64,000 nt of DNA from contig OZ037768.1 of assembly GCA_964035545.1 (NCBI GenBank), forward strand, positions 496,001-560,000, given 5' to 3'. The position numbers were made by a program, and so were the translations under genes. The DNA comes from Bugula neritina. Lineage: Eukaryota > Animalia > Bryozoa. The notes under the pieces were generated by a model. It did no database searches. It was not told the DNA's origin and saw only the letters and a list, made by a program, of their open reading frames with translations. Below, in pieces: positions 24,601 through 38,400 of this stretch (position 1 is the first letter of the stretch; every line of letters starts with the position of its first letter).

Positions 24601-27306
24601 GGTGCAAAATTTCAACCTCGATCTAAATAGCACTAGTGTTCTAGTGAAAATGCTGAATATAAGAAGTTGTCTGCCTATGAAAGGAGGCAACCCCTTAAAT
24701 CAAAATTTACAAATTAAAGCTAAGGAAATATTATTAGCCATGAATTTCTTTTTGGACCACAAGCGGAAATTCTCAAGAGAACATAACTTCCTTTGATGTA
24801 ATTTTCATTCAGGACACAGGTTTTACATGGCAGCACCCACATCTATAACGTGCACTACGCCAGCTCTCCAGGCATTATGTAGACTCAGACTTTCTAGTAT
24901 ACTAAACAGAAGATGACCTCAACATTGATATACAGCAAACCTTTTCTCTACCATGAGCAACATGTTAGCTCTTTAGTTGAGACATATAATACACAATATA
25001 TAAGATGTGTTACATAATGAAAGTAAAAGTTTTCAAGCATGTTGATGAACAATATAAATAAAATTATTGATTAAAATACACCATCTGAATCAACTTGCGC
25101 AGCATATATTATAGTTCAACTCACACAATTTATAAGCTAGTTTATAGATATAATAATATTGTATACACGCAGAGATGAACTAAAATGTTTTCAGTGTTCA
25201 CTTTACCACAGAAACTAATCATTTGGTAAACCAGTATGGGATGTTCAGCATCAATGTCAAGGTGAAGTATGCTATATGTGTCAGCATACAGTAAATATGT
25301 GTCAGCATACAGTATAGTATATGTGTCAGCATACAGTATATCATATGTGTCAGCATACAGTATATCATATGTGTCAGCATACAGTATATCATATGTGTCA
25401 GCATACAGTATAGTATATGTGTCAGCATACAGTATAGTATATGTGTCAGCATACAGTATATCATATGTGTCAGCATACAGTATATCATATGTGTCAGCAT
25501 ACAGTATATCATATGTGTCAGCATACAGTATAGTATATGTGTCAACATACAGTATAGTATATGTGTCAACATACAGTATATCATATGTGTCAACATACAT
25601 TATAGTATATGTGTCAACATACGGCATATTATACAGTAAATTTGTGTCAGCATATGGTATATTATATGTGTCAACATACAGTATATTATACAGTAGATAT
25701 CTGTCAGCATATGTGTCAACCTACAGTAAATATGTGTCAACATGCTAGAGTGAGTCGATTATATAGATGGTTATTTAATGCATAATTGAAGTTTAGCTGA
25801 AGTCAAATTAAATGTAAATTAGTTTATAAATATTGATATGAGCTGCAAAACTGGAGACAAGTGCCTAAGGCTAGGCATACTCTAAGACTAGTTTCACATT
25901 TAAACAACTTTTGCAGAGGGAAAGTTGGAAGCTCTTCAATAGGACTAATAACTGGAGACGGTGAAACACCCAGCCACAATAGTTCCCAGGAGGACAAGAG
26001 CAAAGGGAGCGAGCCAAAGCAGGCCTTCCCTCTCCGACCAATCACAGTGGAGATAAGAGGTCAGGAGGACTATTACGGTACAAGTGACGGCAGCCAACCA
26101 AACTTCTATAGAAGTGACACTGTCGAGTCGTTTACAACATGACCTTAATATGACCTTTATAGAATACCCATAATGCATTTCTATATACTAAATGGTGTGT
26201 TAGTGTTACTAATTCTGTAACGATGGTCAAAATGCTGCTTTAGAAAGTCTTTGTATATGAACAGAGCTTTAATAGCATACTTTCCCACAACCTAGTAATG
26301 GTGTATCAGGAGTGAGATACAAGCTGCAGTGTTTTACAGAAAATCTATAAATAATTAGCTTAAGTTGAATTGATATTACAGAATAAAATAGTATGGTGAA
26401 GCTCTTGAACTGTTGGCCTCTGTAAAATATAGCAGTGGTACCTTGAACTCTACTAACACTGCAGAACTATCCATATTGGCGCAGGTTTGTAATGAAGCAC
26501 AGCTGTTAGAGACAGTACATTGTTCGAAAAATGGAGTTGTGATGAGAAATACATTGTGACCCAACGTTTATAACAGGAATGCTTTCCTGGCAAAATTTTG
26601 AGTATTCAATATAGTTATAACTTATATAGTAGAACATTTCTAGAGAGTTGAGAAACATGGTTGTTGTTACGTAAATGCACACCTTACCTGATGCACAGGG
26701 CGCACCTCACCTGATGTACAGGGCACTCCGAGGATGACATTCACCTTTTCGTTAACTCGCAACTCCGCTGCCTTGCCAACAGCCTGGGAACCTTGACACT
26801 TAGAGTCATACACACCAAAGTTACTGGAGCTCAGAATTACGTCTAAAGAATTTTATTCAAACAATGATTTTGCAATAACACACGCATGCTTTAGTGCATA
26901 ATTTAATATATTTTTTACTACTAATGCTAGGCAATACCTTTCAAATCCAGCTGACGCTTGATATCTTGAAATGCTTGTCGTAGAGCTGCGCTGGTGCAGT
27001 AAGAGAGATCAAAGTTGTATGGAGTGAGTACCGCAACCTTCATGGTAGTGTATAAACTCACGTGTAACATTCAACGGCGGTAGTAATTATAAAAAGTGAA
27101 GCTATTAGCAGCTACTAAAGGATATATGCTTTTCATGTAAAAATAGTGCCAATTGTTTTATTCTACTTTAAAATAAAACATCATTTTACAATTTAGTTAT
27201 TAGATTAAAGAGTTAAGATATTTACCTTCAGTTCCTGCTTGGAACAGATCAGTTTTATGCAGCAAAAATATAAAATTAGAAGAAAGAAAATTGAACGAAA
27301 TTCCAT
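9657..27306 (-). CDS. Receptor-type (membrane) guanylyl cyclase, natriuretic-peptide-receptor-like. Exons approx. 27226-27306, 26938-27037, 26711-26842, 24088-24270, 23608-23766, 23072-23304, 22669-22879, 18963-19175, 18477-18721, 18201-18365, 17659-17835, 17069-17261, 16803-16964, 16160-16249, 15252-15378, 14245-14385, 13858-13981, 13096-13164, 12848-13007, 12565-12675, 12214-12394, 11364-11637, 10983-11280, 9657-9904
   Basis: Signal peptide [17 protein letters not shown]; ANF-receptor-type ectodomain ([38 protein letters not shown]); TM helix; kinase-homology domain ([42 protein letters not shown]); coiled coil ([11 protein letters not shown]); cyclase core ([42 protein letters not shown]) with GTP-specifying Glu and Cys. 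Exons join in phase. Confidence 0.95.
10017..10982. repeat. 23-bp intronic array ACTCACTAGCAGACATCTGTGTG, about 40 copies, starting at the donor of guanylyl cyclase exon 10983-11280
   Basis: On the minus strand each unit carries GTGAGT. Confidence 0.92.
11672..12211. repeat. 31-bp intronic array AGACAACTGTGTAGGTGAGGTAGTAGAGAGA, about 17 copies
   Basis: Begins ~3 nt inside the donor at 12213; each unit resembles a polypyrimidine tract plus CAG on the minus strand. Confidence 0.9.
13165..13808. repeat. 10/20-bp intronic array (C/T)AGTAATA(T/C)A abutting the acceptor at 13165
   Basis: Direct inspection. Confidence 0.9.
14346..15120. repeat. 65-bp array, 12 copies, each containing the 3' splice site plus ~41 nt of guanylyl cyclase exon 14245-14385
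   Basis: Unit TTCTAACATTCTTACCATGTGATCTACCAACTGAGTCTTTCTATAATTATATAATATACATATCT; the exon-proximal copy encodes [13 protein letters not shown]. Confidence 0.95.
15527..16172. repeat. 34-bp array, about 19 copies, containing the donor junction of exon 16160-16249
   Basis: Minus-strand unit TCATACCCTGACT|GTAAGCTATGAACTGAGTA(C/T)C. Confidence 0.93.
16270..16800. repeat. 17-bp intronic array ATATCGTATACACTACC
   Basis: Fills nearly the whole intron 16250-16802. Confidence 0.9.
17234..17630. repeat. 37-bp array, about 10 copies, acceptor plus exon start of exon 17069-17261
   Basis: Minus-strand unit ATAGTTATATTACAG|(A/G)GTACCTTCACAGCTCTAGTAT. Confidence 0.93.
17825..18181. repeat. 27-bp array, about 13 copies, acceptor plus 11 nt of exon 17659-17835
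   Basis: Minus-strand unit GTTTGGTATTGCAG|CTGTACAGTATAG. Confidence 0.93.
20969..21981 (+). CDS. TXNDC12: Thioredoxin domain-containing protein 12 (ERp18/AGR family), nested antisense in a guanylyl cyclase intron; exons 20969-21065, 21336-21540, 21807-21981
   Basis: Signal peptide; [11 protein letters not shown]; [22 protein letters not shown] (CGAC active site); YSPDGGYIPRILF; C-terminal KQDL ER-retention-like motif. Confidence 0.95.
21618..21821. repeat. 32-bp array, about 6 copies, acceptor plus exon start of TXNDC12 exon 3
   Basis: Unit CCTTGTATTCCTGTAG|GTACATTCCCAGAATC; the real acceptor is the last copy (21806|21807). Confidence 0.93.
22156..22368. repeat. TGTCCATACATGTGTACGTA-type array in the TXNDC12 3' region
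   Basis: Direct inspection. Confidence 0.88.
23295..23585. repeat. 20/21-bp array containing the acceptor of exon 23072-23304
   Basis: Minus-strand unit TATATACTACAG|TTGTATTAC. Confidence 0.88.
25272..25745. repeat. 24-bp array ATATGTGTCAGCATACAGTAT(AGT/ATC)
   Basis: Direct inspection. Confidence 0.88.
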
Positions 27307-28059
27307 GATTTAACACAGATGCGGGTGCTCTTGCATACACAACTCTAATGAACATAATATTATATACATACCTGAATATTGAAGAAAACTTATCTTTTTA
27401 AGACGATTATCCCTATTGATGAGTGGAGAAAATTGATAACAAACAATGCTTTAAATTATGCATAATTTTACACATGCTTATTCTCATAAACATACAAGCT
27501 GGAAAATAGGCGAAATCAAACAATGAATCAGTAGATAAGCACAGAGGGGGCTTTCTAAAGGGACATGGTTCGTTACAAGCTGCATTTGGCATGAAAACTG
27601 TGATTGTTTATAATTATGGTGTTATGTAACGTCTGCTCACAGCTGATGGAGTTTTCTCATTTTTGACTGGACAGGTGCTGCTGGCTACTTTTCAAACATT
27701 TATTGTCAAAATACTTCAACATTGAACTGATTGATGGCCATCATAATGCAGAGAGAATTTCATTTTTATATTAAATTTCCATCTCTTTGTTTGAAACATG
27801 ATAATTCTAAGGATCATGACAAATGAATGTTAAATGTTAGAAACTTTATAAAATAGTCAAATCTGTGCCTATAGCTGTGGGGACAAACCAACAGCGTAAA
27901 TCTATTGTAAAACTATTAAAAACATTGTCAGAAAATAAGCTCATGCATGTTGTATAAAGTTGGCATTTTATTGAAAGTGCGAATAAGTTAACAGGCTATC
28001 AATGTGCAAAGAGGTTTTTATTAAAGCAAAACGGACACTCTTCCAAGCTCAGACAATTC

Positions 28060-28325
28060 TGTAGCACAACTGTAATACAACTGTAACACAACTGTAGCAC
28101 AACTGTATAGCACAACTGTATAACACAACTGTATAGCACAACTGTATAGCACAACTGTATAACACAACTGTATAACACAACTGTAATACAACTGTAACAC
28201 AACTGTAGCACAACTGTATAGCACAACCGTACAGCACAACCGTACAGCACAACCGTACAGCACAACCGTACAGCACAACCGTACAGCACAACCGTATAGC
28301 ACAACTGTATCACACATGCAACTGT
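28060..28325. repeat. 11/13-bp array CACAAC(T/C)GTA(T/C)AG
   Basis: Direct inspection. Confidence 0.85.
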
Positions 28326-28873
28326 TAGAGAGCTCAAAACATTTAATGGCTGTGGAAGCTTAATTTAAATATTGAGCACATGGAAGAAAAGAAATAGGAT
28401 TTTGCTAGAAACTCTTTCTCTATTAAAAGTATAAACTACAGAAAAATAACACCAGTCATACTCTCTAGATAAGACTTTCTAAACAGGAAACAAATTAGCA
28501 TACTTGAGTTTACTTGACCGCAAACCAATCTTGCAAGTCTGTTTACCAATAGGTATATTGTATGGTATGGCAGGGCACACAATGATATGCTGAGAGCAAT
28601 AGTTATCTTGGATTCATCAAATCCAACTTAGACTTAATTCTCTAAAGCTTAGACAACAATTTTGAGTCCTTCAGAAAGGGTGCCTAATAAATCTTTAGAA
28701 TCCTTTTATTTTCATTAAAAAGGAGAACGCTTTAGCACCAACAGTGTTTCAACCATCATATAAAGTGTTCAAGTTTTATACTTCAACTTCAGTAATGTAG
28801 TAGGCAGAGAGAAAATTGTATTTCATTTGAACTTTCATATATATTTTTATTAATTTGCTTTCTGTGGTGCTAC

Positions 28874-28911
28874 CACTGAACTGAAACTATAAAGGGGGTT
28901 ATAGTTCAATG
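28874..28911. mobile_element. 38-bp minimal TIR element or transposon footprint with 8-bp target-site duplication
   Basis: GGTGCTAC repeated at 28866-28873 and 28912-28919, enclosing CACTGAACT...TATAA / TTATAGTTCAATG inverted ends (CA...TG). Confidence 0.6.
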
Positions 28912-30304
28912 GGTGCTACAGCTTTTAATAAAAATATTAGGCATTTGCTCGCGGAACCTATTAACATTTTAAGGAGTTGTCCTCTTAGACGCAAATAATA
29001 ATTATTTAAAAATATTTTCTTTGTTATGCTAATGAAATAAAATATAAAACATAATTAAATTAATTTTTTTTTAACAATTGATTTTTTGTTAGTTTACAAA
29101 CGCAATCACAATGTACAACTTTTGATTGAACAGTGTACAATGATTGATTATAGCGCTACTATTACATGGCTACAATTTTTCGGCAAATTAATGTTATTAC
29201 AGTATTACTATTACTATTAGTATCTAGCATAAAACAATTATTATCATTATGATACATTGACTGACAAATTGATATCACAATAATGAATTACTAATGTTAT
29301 AATTATTAAGTTTTAATTCAACATAAACATGTTAATCATATCCATCTTGCTTATCAACTTCAAGTAATGTCTATTACTTATACTTATACTTATACTTATA
29401 GTTATTAATATTACTATTACTATTAGTATTACTATTAGTATTAGTATAACTATAAGTATTACTAATACTAATAGTAATACTATTAGTATTAGTATTGCTA
29501 TTAGAATAACTAGTATTACTATTAGTATTAGTATTGCTATTAGAATAACTAGTATTACTATTACTATTACTATTAGTATTCTTATTACTATTAGTATTAC
29601 TATTAGTATTACTATTAGTATTACTATTACTACTATTAGTATTACTAATACTAATAGTATTACTATTAGTATTAGTATTAAGTTTAACTTTTATCAATTT
29701 TCAAATTCAATATTTATCTAATAGTAATACTAATTCCATAAGCATATTTACTATTTAGTTTTATATTAATGTTATTAACTCTAAGACTGAGAACTGAGAG
29801 TAGCAGTAAATCAAAATGTAATGCAAGAATTAAAAGGTGCAGAAACTAATATTTGTCTGATATATTATATATGTATTATTATTCAATTTTTCAGCTGGTT
29901 TCAGGCTTTTCTTTGGTCAATTTTGTATTACAAATTTCAGCTGCTTGTGTGAGCTATTAGTATTTCATCTTCATTCTTGGTGTCTTCAATTTTAATAGGA
30001 GAAAACAAGCCGACAACTACAAGCATCCTGCTTCTACAACTTTTAAGCATTCAACTGTTCATCAGTTTGTCATCAAATTTAACCATCAAACCAATAAACA
30101 ATTGTATTGACATCGTATCTTGTAAATGTTATGTTTCACACTAAACTGTTGCAGCTAATATTTGTTTTCTGGCTGGGATGCGATTTATTGAATGTGAATG
30201 TCATCCTTAACTCATATCAAGGGAGGTTTATAAAATATTTCAGTTGAAAGTAAAAGTGAACTCTTCTGAAAGCTGGGGTGTGTTTAGACTAAGACTACTA
30301 CAGA

Positions 30305-31452
<1,148 letters not shown>

Positions 31453-32460
31453 CTGTTGAATAGTATTTGCTTGTTGAATATTTAAAGCTGTGAAGAATTA
31501 TTCTGATTTGTAACATGACTATTGTGTATCTATGATGATTTTCAGTTTATATTTGGAGATTTTATATGCTGAATACAGCTGTAGTAGTGCGACAAGTCAT
31601 TTCGGTAAGCTTACAGCCAGGCCAGCTGCTTGCGGTTATAACCTGCTCAGCATATTACTGTAGGCAGATGAGTAAAACAGAAAACCCGCACTTGCTTCGT
31701 TAAGGTGCACTTATATCGATGTAAACCATCTCTTTTACAAGGAGTTGTCTTGCCTTGGCATCTTAGTGGCCGTGAAAAGACAACTTCTAAATACAGTACT
31801 CGTACGCAGCGGCATAAGTTCCTACATCTAGAGCTACGTTGTACTCGGAGGTTAATCCAATCGAATTCATGTTGCCCCCAACAGCAGCTGTTTAACATGA
31901 CGTGTTTCACAGTCTATGTCATTATCTTAATTCTCACAATGGAGATAATCGTTTAGTTTCAGTATAATATTTTATTCAATCATAAAAATTATAAGTTGGT
32001 AAAAAAAGCCGAAAGTAATTGGATCTAAACTATCAAACTAGTAGCATTATACATCGATATATACTATAATAAATGACTTCAATATATACTTTCTTCTATA
32101 CAATAGTGCATAAGGGCATTTACAAGCTCAAAAATTACTTTGTACATTCACAGTGTAAATATACAAGGCACATCAAAATACCATAAATTATTTTGGATTA
32201 TGACAGACTGCCTACAATTTGTGTAGTATAACAATAGCATGCCTATCATCTCTGCACCATCACTGTGGAGATATAGTAGCACATCCAATTGCTTAGCTGG
32301 TGATATTAATGCCTCAAGTGTTTGTGATTAATATGAAGGAAAGAAGGCACCGTGCTTTATAGCAGTCGACTGATATTCGTGTAGAACTGATAATATTCTG
32401 ACTTTACAAAGAGAGGAGGCTTGGCTAATGTCCCACAGAACTGGCTCTGTCTGGTGTGCG

Positions 32461-35400
32461 TCACACTATCAGAGTCTTAGACTCGGTCTTGGCCTTAACT
32501 TGAGAGAACGGCTCAGACCACATTCGAGTCAAGTCGCCCTTGAGGTAGGCCATGATGAATAGAGGCAGAAGAGTGCTGGGTACCAGATAGAGTAGGGCAG
32601 GTTGGGCCGCCTTGAATACTTCAGAGGATAATGTTGCAGCTGTTAGACCTGCAACGCCCAAAGATTATATAAGTTGATAATATATAGCAACAAGAAGGTA
32701 TCAAATATTGTTTACCATAAACTCTCTTATAACTATTTCTATGCGGTAGTCAACAAGCTATACTGTGAAAGCGCATTATAAATGGTCTCCGCAATGCAAC
32801 ACTAAGAAACTAACGAGAGCACATTGAGTCAACCAATAAGCAGATGTTTACCTATGAAATAGCCAATCAGAGAACAGTGGAAGTAGGTAATTCGCTGTCT
32901 AAAGGTGGGGTTTGGATTGACACAGTTCTCTGCCTCAGCTTGCTTTCTCTTGTATGAATCATAACGGAGTACAAAGCATAACAGCAGACCTGGCATAACC
33001 TACAGAACCAAGGAAATCGTTTAGAAACTGAGGCTACACTGCAGAGAGGGGGGGAGGGTGTAGAGCCCATCACAAAGTTGTATCACTTGCTTCTGTTTAA
33101 ATTGAAGAGTTGGGCAGTCCAAAGTTACTTCTACTTTTGCTGCCAAAGTTTCAAGAGCATGAATATAATTGTATGAAGACGATACCAACTGTGGGATTCG
33201 GCAGCAGTCACATGACTGAGTTAACCACGCCTACTTACAATGTCTCCCAGACCAAGCATAGAGAAATGAGAGCTGTCGGAGACACTTGGAAATACCAGCT
33301 TCCCTGGCAGCGACAATTTGGGAGCATCGGCAGCAATACCGGAGATGTGAAGTTTTTTAGCTATAGCACCAACCTGTATAAATATACACTAACTATAGCA
33401 CCAACCTGTATAAATATACACTAACTATAGCACCAACCTGTATAAATATACACTAACTATAGCACCAACCTGTATAAATATACACTAACTATAGCACCAA
33501 CCTGTATAAATATACACTAACTATAGCACCAACCTCTAGCAGACAGAGTATAGTATACACCAACTGCCTGTAAGCTTTCTCACTCGTATTTTGACCTTAA
33601 TGTTTGAACTACAGTAGTGATACAGAAAGTAGTGTGGAGATGTTGCTCCAAGAAATAAATAGAGGAGAAAACTCCGAATACTTACTGGATTGTCTGCTTG
33701 TCTAGTGGCCACTTTAACCATGACATTAGCATTGAATATATACGAGGAGAAGAACACCTACAATGTTACAGAGTAATACACTTACACAGAGTACGTTATA
33801 CTATCACAGTGTACGTTATACTAGCACAGTGTACGTTATACTATCACAGTGTACGTTATACTAGCACAGTGTACGTTATACTAGCACAGTGTACGTTATA
33901 CTTACACAGAGTACGTTATACTCAGTGCTATGTATGTGATACTCAATGCTATGGGCAGTAACTTACCCAAAACACGTCGTATAGCAGGAGGCCCACAAGT
34001 AGCAGCGTGGACACTTTGAGGCTGGGTAGACGGACTAAGGCTATAAAAGCTACACAGAGACCCATACCTAAGGCTACAAGAAAAAGTATAGATTATGATA
34101 CAGGGGGAGAGGAAACCAAACACATCAAACATTCCTGCATAACTGCAGCGAGAAATTAATTATGACCCTATATCTACTAGTATATCTAGTAGTATATCTA
34201 GTAGTATATCTAGTAGTACATCTAGTAGTACATCTAGTAGTATATCTAGTAGTATATCTAGTAGTACATCTAGTAGTATATCTAGTAGTATATCTAGTAG
34301 TATATATAGTAGTATATCTACTAGTATATCTAGTAGTATATCTAGTAGTATATCTAGTAGTATATCTAGTAGTACATCTAGTAGTATATCTAGTAGTACA
34401 TCTAGTAGTATATATAGTAGTATATCTAGTAATATATCTAGTAGTATATCTAGTAGTATATATAGTAGTATATCTAGTAGTATATCTAGTAGTATATCTA
34501 GTAGTATATCTAGTAGTACATCTAGTAGTACATCTAGTAGTATATCTAGTAGTATATCTAGTAATATATCTACTAGTATATCTAGTAGATATATCTAGTA
34601 GTATATCTAGTAGTATATCTAGTAGTATATATAGTAGTATATCTAGTAGTATATCTAGTAGTATATCTAGTAGTATATCTAGTAGTATATCTAGTAGTAT
34701 ATCTAGTAGTATATCTAGTAGTATATCTAGTAGTACATCTAGTAATACATCTAGTAGTATATATAGTAGTATATCTAGTAGTATATCTAGTAGTATATCT
34801 AGTAGTATATATAGTAGTATATCTAGTAGTATATCTAGTAGTATATATAGTAGTACATCTAGTAATATATCTAGTAGTATATCTAGTAGTAGTATATCTA
34901 GTAGTATATCTAGTAGTATATCTAGTAGTACATCTAGTAGTACATCTAGTAGTATATCTAGTAGTATATATAGTAGTATATCTAGTAGTATATCTAGTAG
35001 TATATCTAGTAGTATATATAGTAGTACATCTAGTAATACATCTAGTAGTACATCTAGTAGTATATATAGTAGTATATCTAGTAATATATCTAGTAGTATA
35101 TCTAGTAGTATATATAGTAGTATATCTAGTAGTATATCTAGTAGTATATCTAGTAGTACATCTAGTAGTATATCTAGTAGTATATCTAGTAGTATATCTA
35201 GTAATATATCTACTAGTATATCTAGTAGATATATCTAGTAGTATATCTAGTAGTATATCTAGTAGTATATATAGTAGTATATCTAGTAGTATATCTAGTA
35301 GTATATCTAGTAGTATATCTAGTAGTATATCTAGTAGTATATCTAGTAGTATATCTAGTAGTATATCTAGTAGTACATCTAGTAATACATCTAGTAGTAT

Positions 35401-38400
35401 ATATAGTAGTATATCTAGTAGTATATCTAGTAGTATATCTAGTAGTATATATAGTAGTATATCTAGTAGTATATCTAGTAGTATATATAGTAGTACATCT
35501 AGTAATATATCTAGTAGTATATCTAGTAGTAGTATATCTAGTAGTATATCTAGTAGTATATCTAGTAGTACATCTAGTAGTACATCTAGTAGTATATCTA
35601 GTAGTATATATAGTAGTATATCTAGTAGTATATCTAGTAGTATATCTAGTAGTATATATAGTAGTACATCTAGTAATACATCTAGTAGTATATCTAGTAG
35701 TATATATAGTAGTATATATAGTAGTATATCTAGTAGTATATCTAGTAGTATATATAGTAGTATATCTAGTAGTATATCTAGTAGTATATCTAGTAGTATA
35801 TCTAGTAGTATATCTAGTAGTATATCTAGTAGTATATATAGTAGTATATCTAGTAGTATATCTAGTAGTATATCTAGTAGTACATCTAGCAGTATATCTA
35901 CTAGGTTTGTGTACAACCCCAGGCAACCCATGCAAATGATTCGGAGATAAAAGAGGAAACTATAAATCACCAGAGGAGAGTGCGCTGGTGAATTAGGAAC
36001 CATCAACAATGGTGGAAATTGGAAGGTGAAGGGATATGGTTGACAAGCAGATTGATTAATGTTAATCTACTACTGCTGCATTCCACAGCCTTTATTACCT
36101 TACCTCTTCAATTCAAGAAAAATAGGAAATTGCTACATTTAATATAAAATACTAAGTCATTGTAGTGCCTGTTTCCTCTACCAGGCCATTACTAGTTCTT
36201 TTATCTGAGAGTTAATATCTGCACCATTAACCCTCCCTTCCCCACATGTCAAAGTATAATATCTTACCGTCCATGAGCAGCCAGTGGCCAGTCAGTATCC
36301 ACACGACTACTATACACAGTGACACACAGAAAGACATTATCTCTGCAGCTGTGTATCTCCCGCAGTATCCAAACGATATTCTAGAATGTTCCAAAACAGC
36401 ATGATGATAGACACTACTACTAGTATTAGTACTACTACTAGTATTAGTACTAGTAGTAGTATTAGAACTACTACTAGTAGAGTAATAGTGACTCACAATG
36501 CTAGTTCAACTGTAACGATGTATGGTGTACTCACTTGGTGCCTGTGGAGCAGGACCTGAGAGTATATTTACACATGGGAAGTAGGAGGAAGGCAAAGGCT
36601 ACGGTGGCCAGCACTGTAAAAGTAATAATATCAATGAGTATATAGTATATGAATGTAATACTGAGATATAATTCTATCACCACAATACTAGGGTATGTGG
36701 TAGTATTCACTGTAATACTAGGGTATGTGGAGGAATTCACTGTAATACTAGAGTATGTGGAGGTATTCACTGTAATACTAGGGTATGTGGAGGTATTCAC
36801 TGTAATACTAGGGTATGTGGAGGTATTTACTGTAATACTACGGTATGTGGAGGTATTTACTGTAATACTAGGGTATGTGGAGGTATCCACTGTAATACTA
36901 GGGTATGTGGAGGTATTCACTGTAATACTAGGGTATGTGGAGGTATTTACTGTAATACTAGGGTATGTGGAGGTATCCACTGTAATACTAGGGTATGTGG
37001 AGGTATTCACTGTAATACTAGGGTATGTGGAGGTATTCACTGTAATACTAGGGTATGTGGAGGTATCCACTGTAATACTAGGGTATGTGGAGGTATTCAC
37101 TGTAATACTAGGGTATGTGGAGGTATTCACTGTAATACTAGGGTATGTGGAGGTATTTACTGTAATACTACGGTATGTGGAGGTATTTACTGTAATACTA
37201 GGGTATGTGGAGGTATCCACTGTAATACTAGGGTATGTGGAGGTATTCACTGTAATACTAGGGTATGTGGAGGTATCCACTGTAATACTAGGGTATGTGG
37301 AGGTATCCACTGTAATACTAGAGTATGTGGAGGTATTCACTGTAATACTAGGGTATGTGGAGGTATCCACTGTAATACTAGGGTATGTGGAGGTATTCAC
37401 TGTAATACTAGGGTATGTGAGGCATTCACTGTAATACTACGGTATGTGGAGGTATCCACTGTAATACTAGGGTATGTGGAGGTATTCACTGTAATACTAG
37501 GGTATGTGAGGCATTCACTGTAATACTACGGTATGTGGAGGTATCCACTGTAATACTAGGGTATGTGGAGGTATTCACTGTAATACTAGGGTATGTGAGG
37601 TATTTAGACAAATCTTGTTTACTCAAACATTCCATTGGGGTTTTGGTTGTATTTGGGTTGCATGTATTTAATGCTCTACATTCATATAGCATAACCTTTC
37701 ACTTAGCACCAACCCAGGTGGCTAGGAGATAAACTGCATTGACTGGTTGTATAAATAGTTACCATGGTTACCAAGTAGGAAACAGTGCAGTGCATGTAGT
37801 ACAATGTATATAGTATGTGTATAGTATGTGTATAGTATATGTATAGTATGTGTATAGTATGTGTATAGTATGTATATAGTATGTGTATAGTATATGTATA
37901 GTATGTGTATAGTATATGTATAGTATGTGTATAGTATGTGTATAGTATGTGTATAGTATGTGTATAGTATGTATATAGTATGTGTATAGTATATGTATAG
38001 TATGTGTATAGTATATGTATAGTATGTGTATAATATATGTATATCATACGTATAAACTGTAATATACATATTTTGCATATTAATTAAATTAAAACTCGTA
38101 TCATCTAACAGAATAACCACCACCCAACATCCTCATGAGGAGGTTTGCCCTGGGAACCTACGAAACCAATCTCAGGAAACTCAACTATCCAGAGCGTCTC
38201 CTAATTACAGATAAGATGCAAGGAAAGAGGCTACAGAGAATACAGTACTTGTAGAATAATAGAACTCCTTCACTCTACACAATGCATGTCACCAACAAAC
38301 ACATTGTTTTTATCTTTTAATAAACACAACAATAGAAATGATAAATCAATCTCCATGCGGTACTCCATTGTGATGAGATGCCTTATTGTATAGCAGAATG

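Noticed and set aside
31586-31956. GC-richer segment with short ORFs between the NDUFA8 and SPPL3 3' ends
   Set aside because: No recognisable protein, RNA motif or element ends; most likely 3' UTR.
34162-36009. Long ORFs of 237-475 aa (also 13149-13790, 16135-16974, 36531-37434, 38408-39157, 54826-55951)
   Set aside because: They are translations of stop-free tandem repeats inside introns, often open in several frames, with no domain content.
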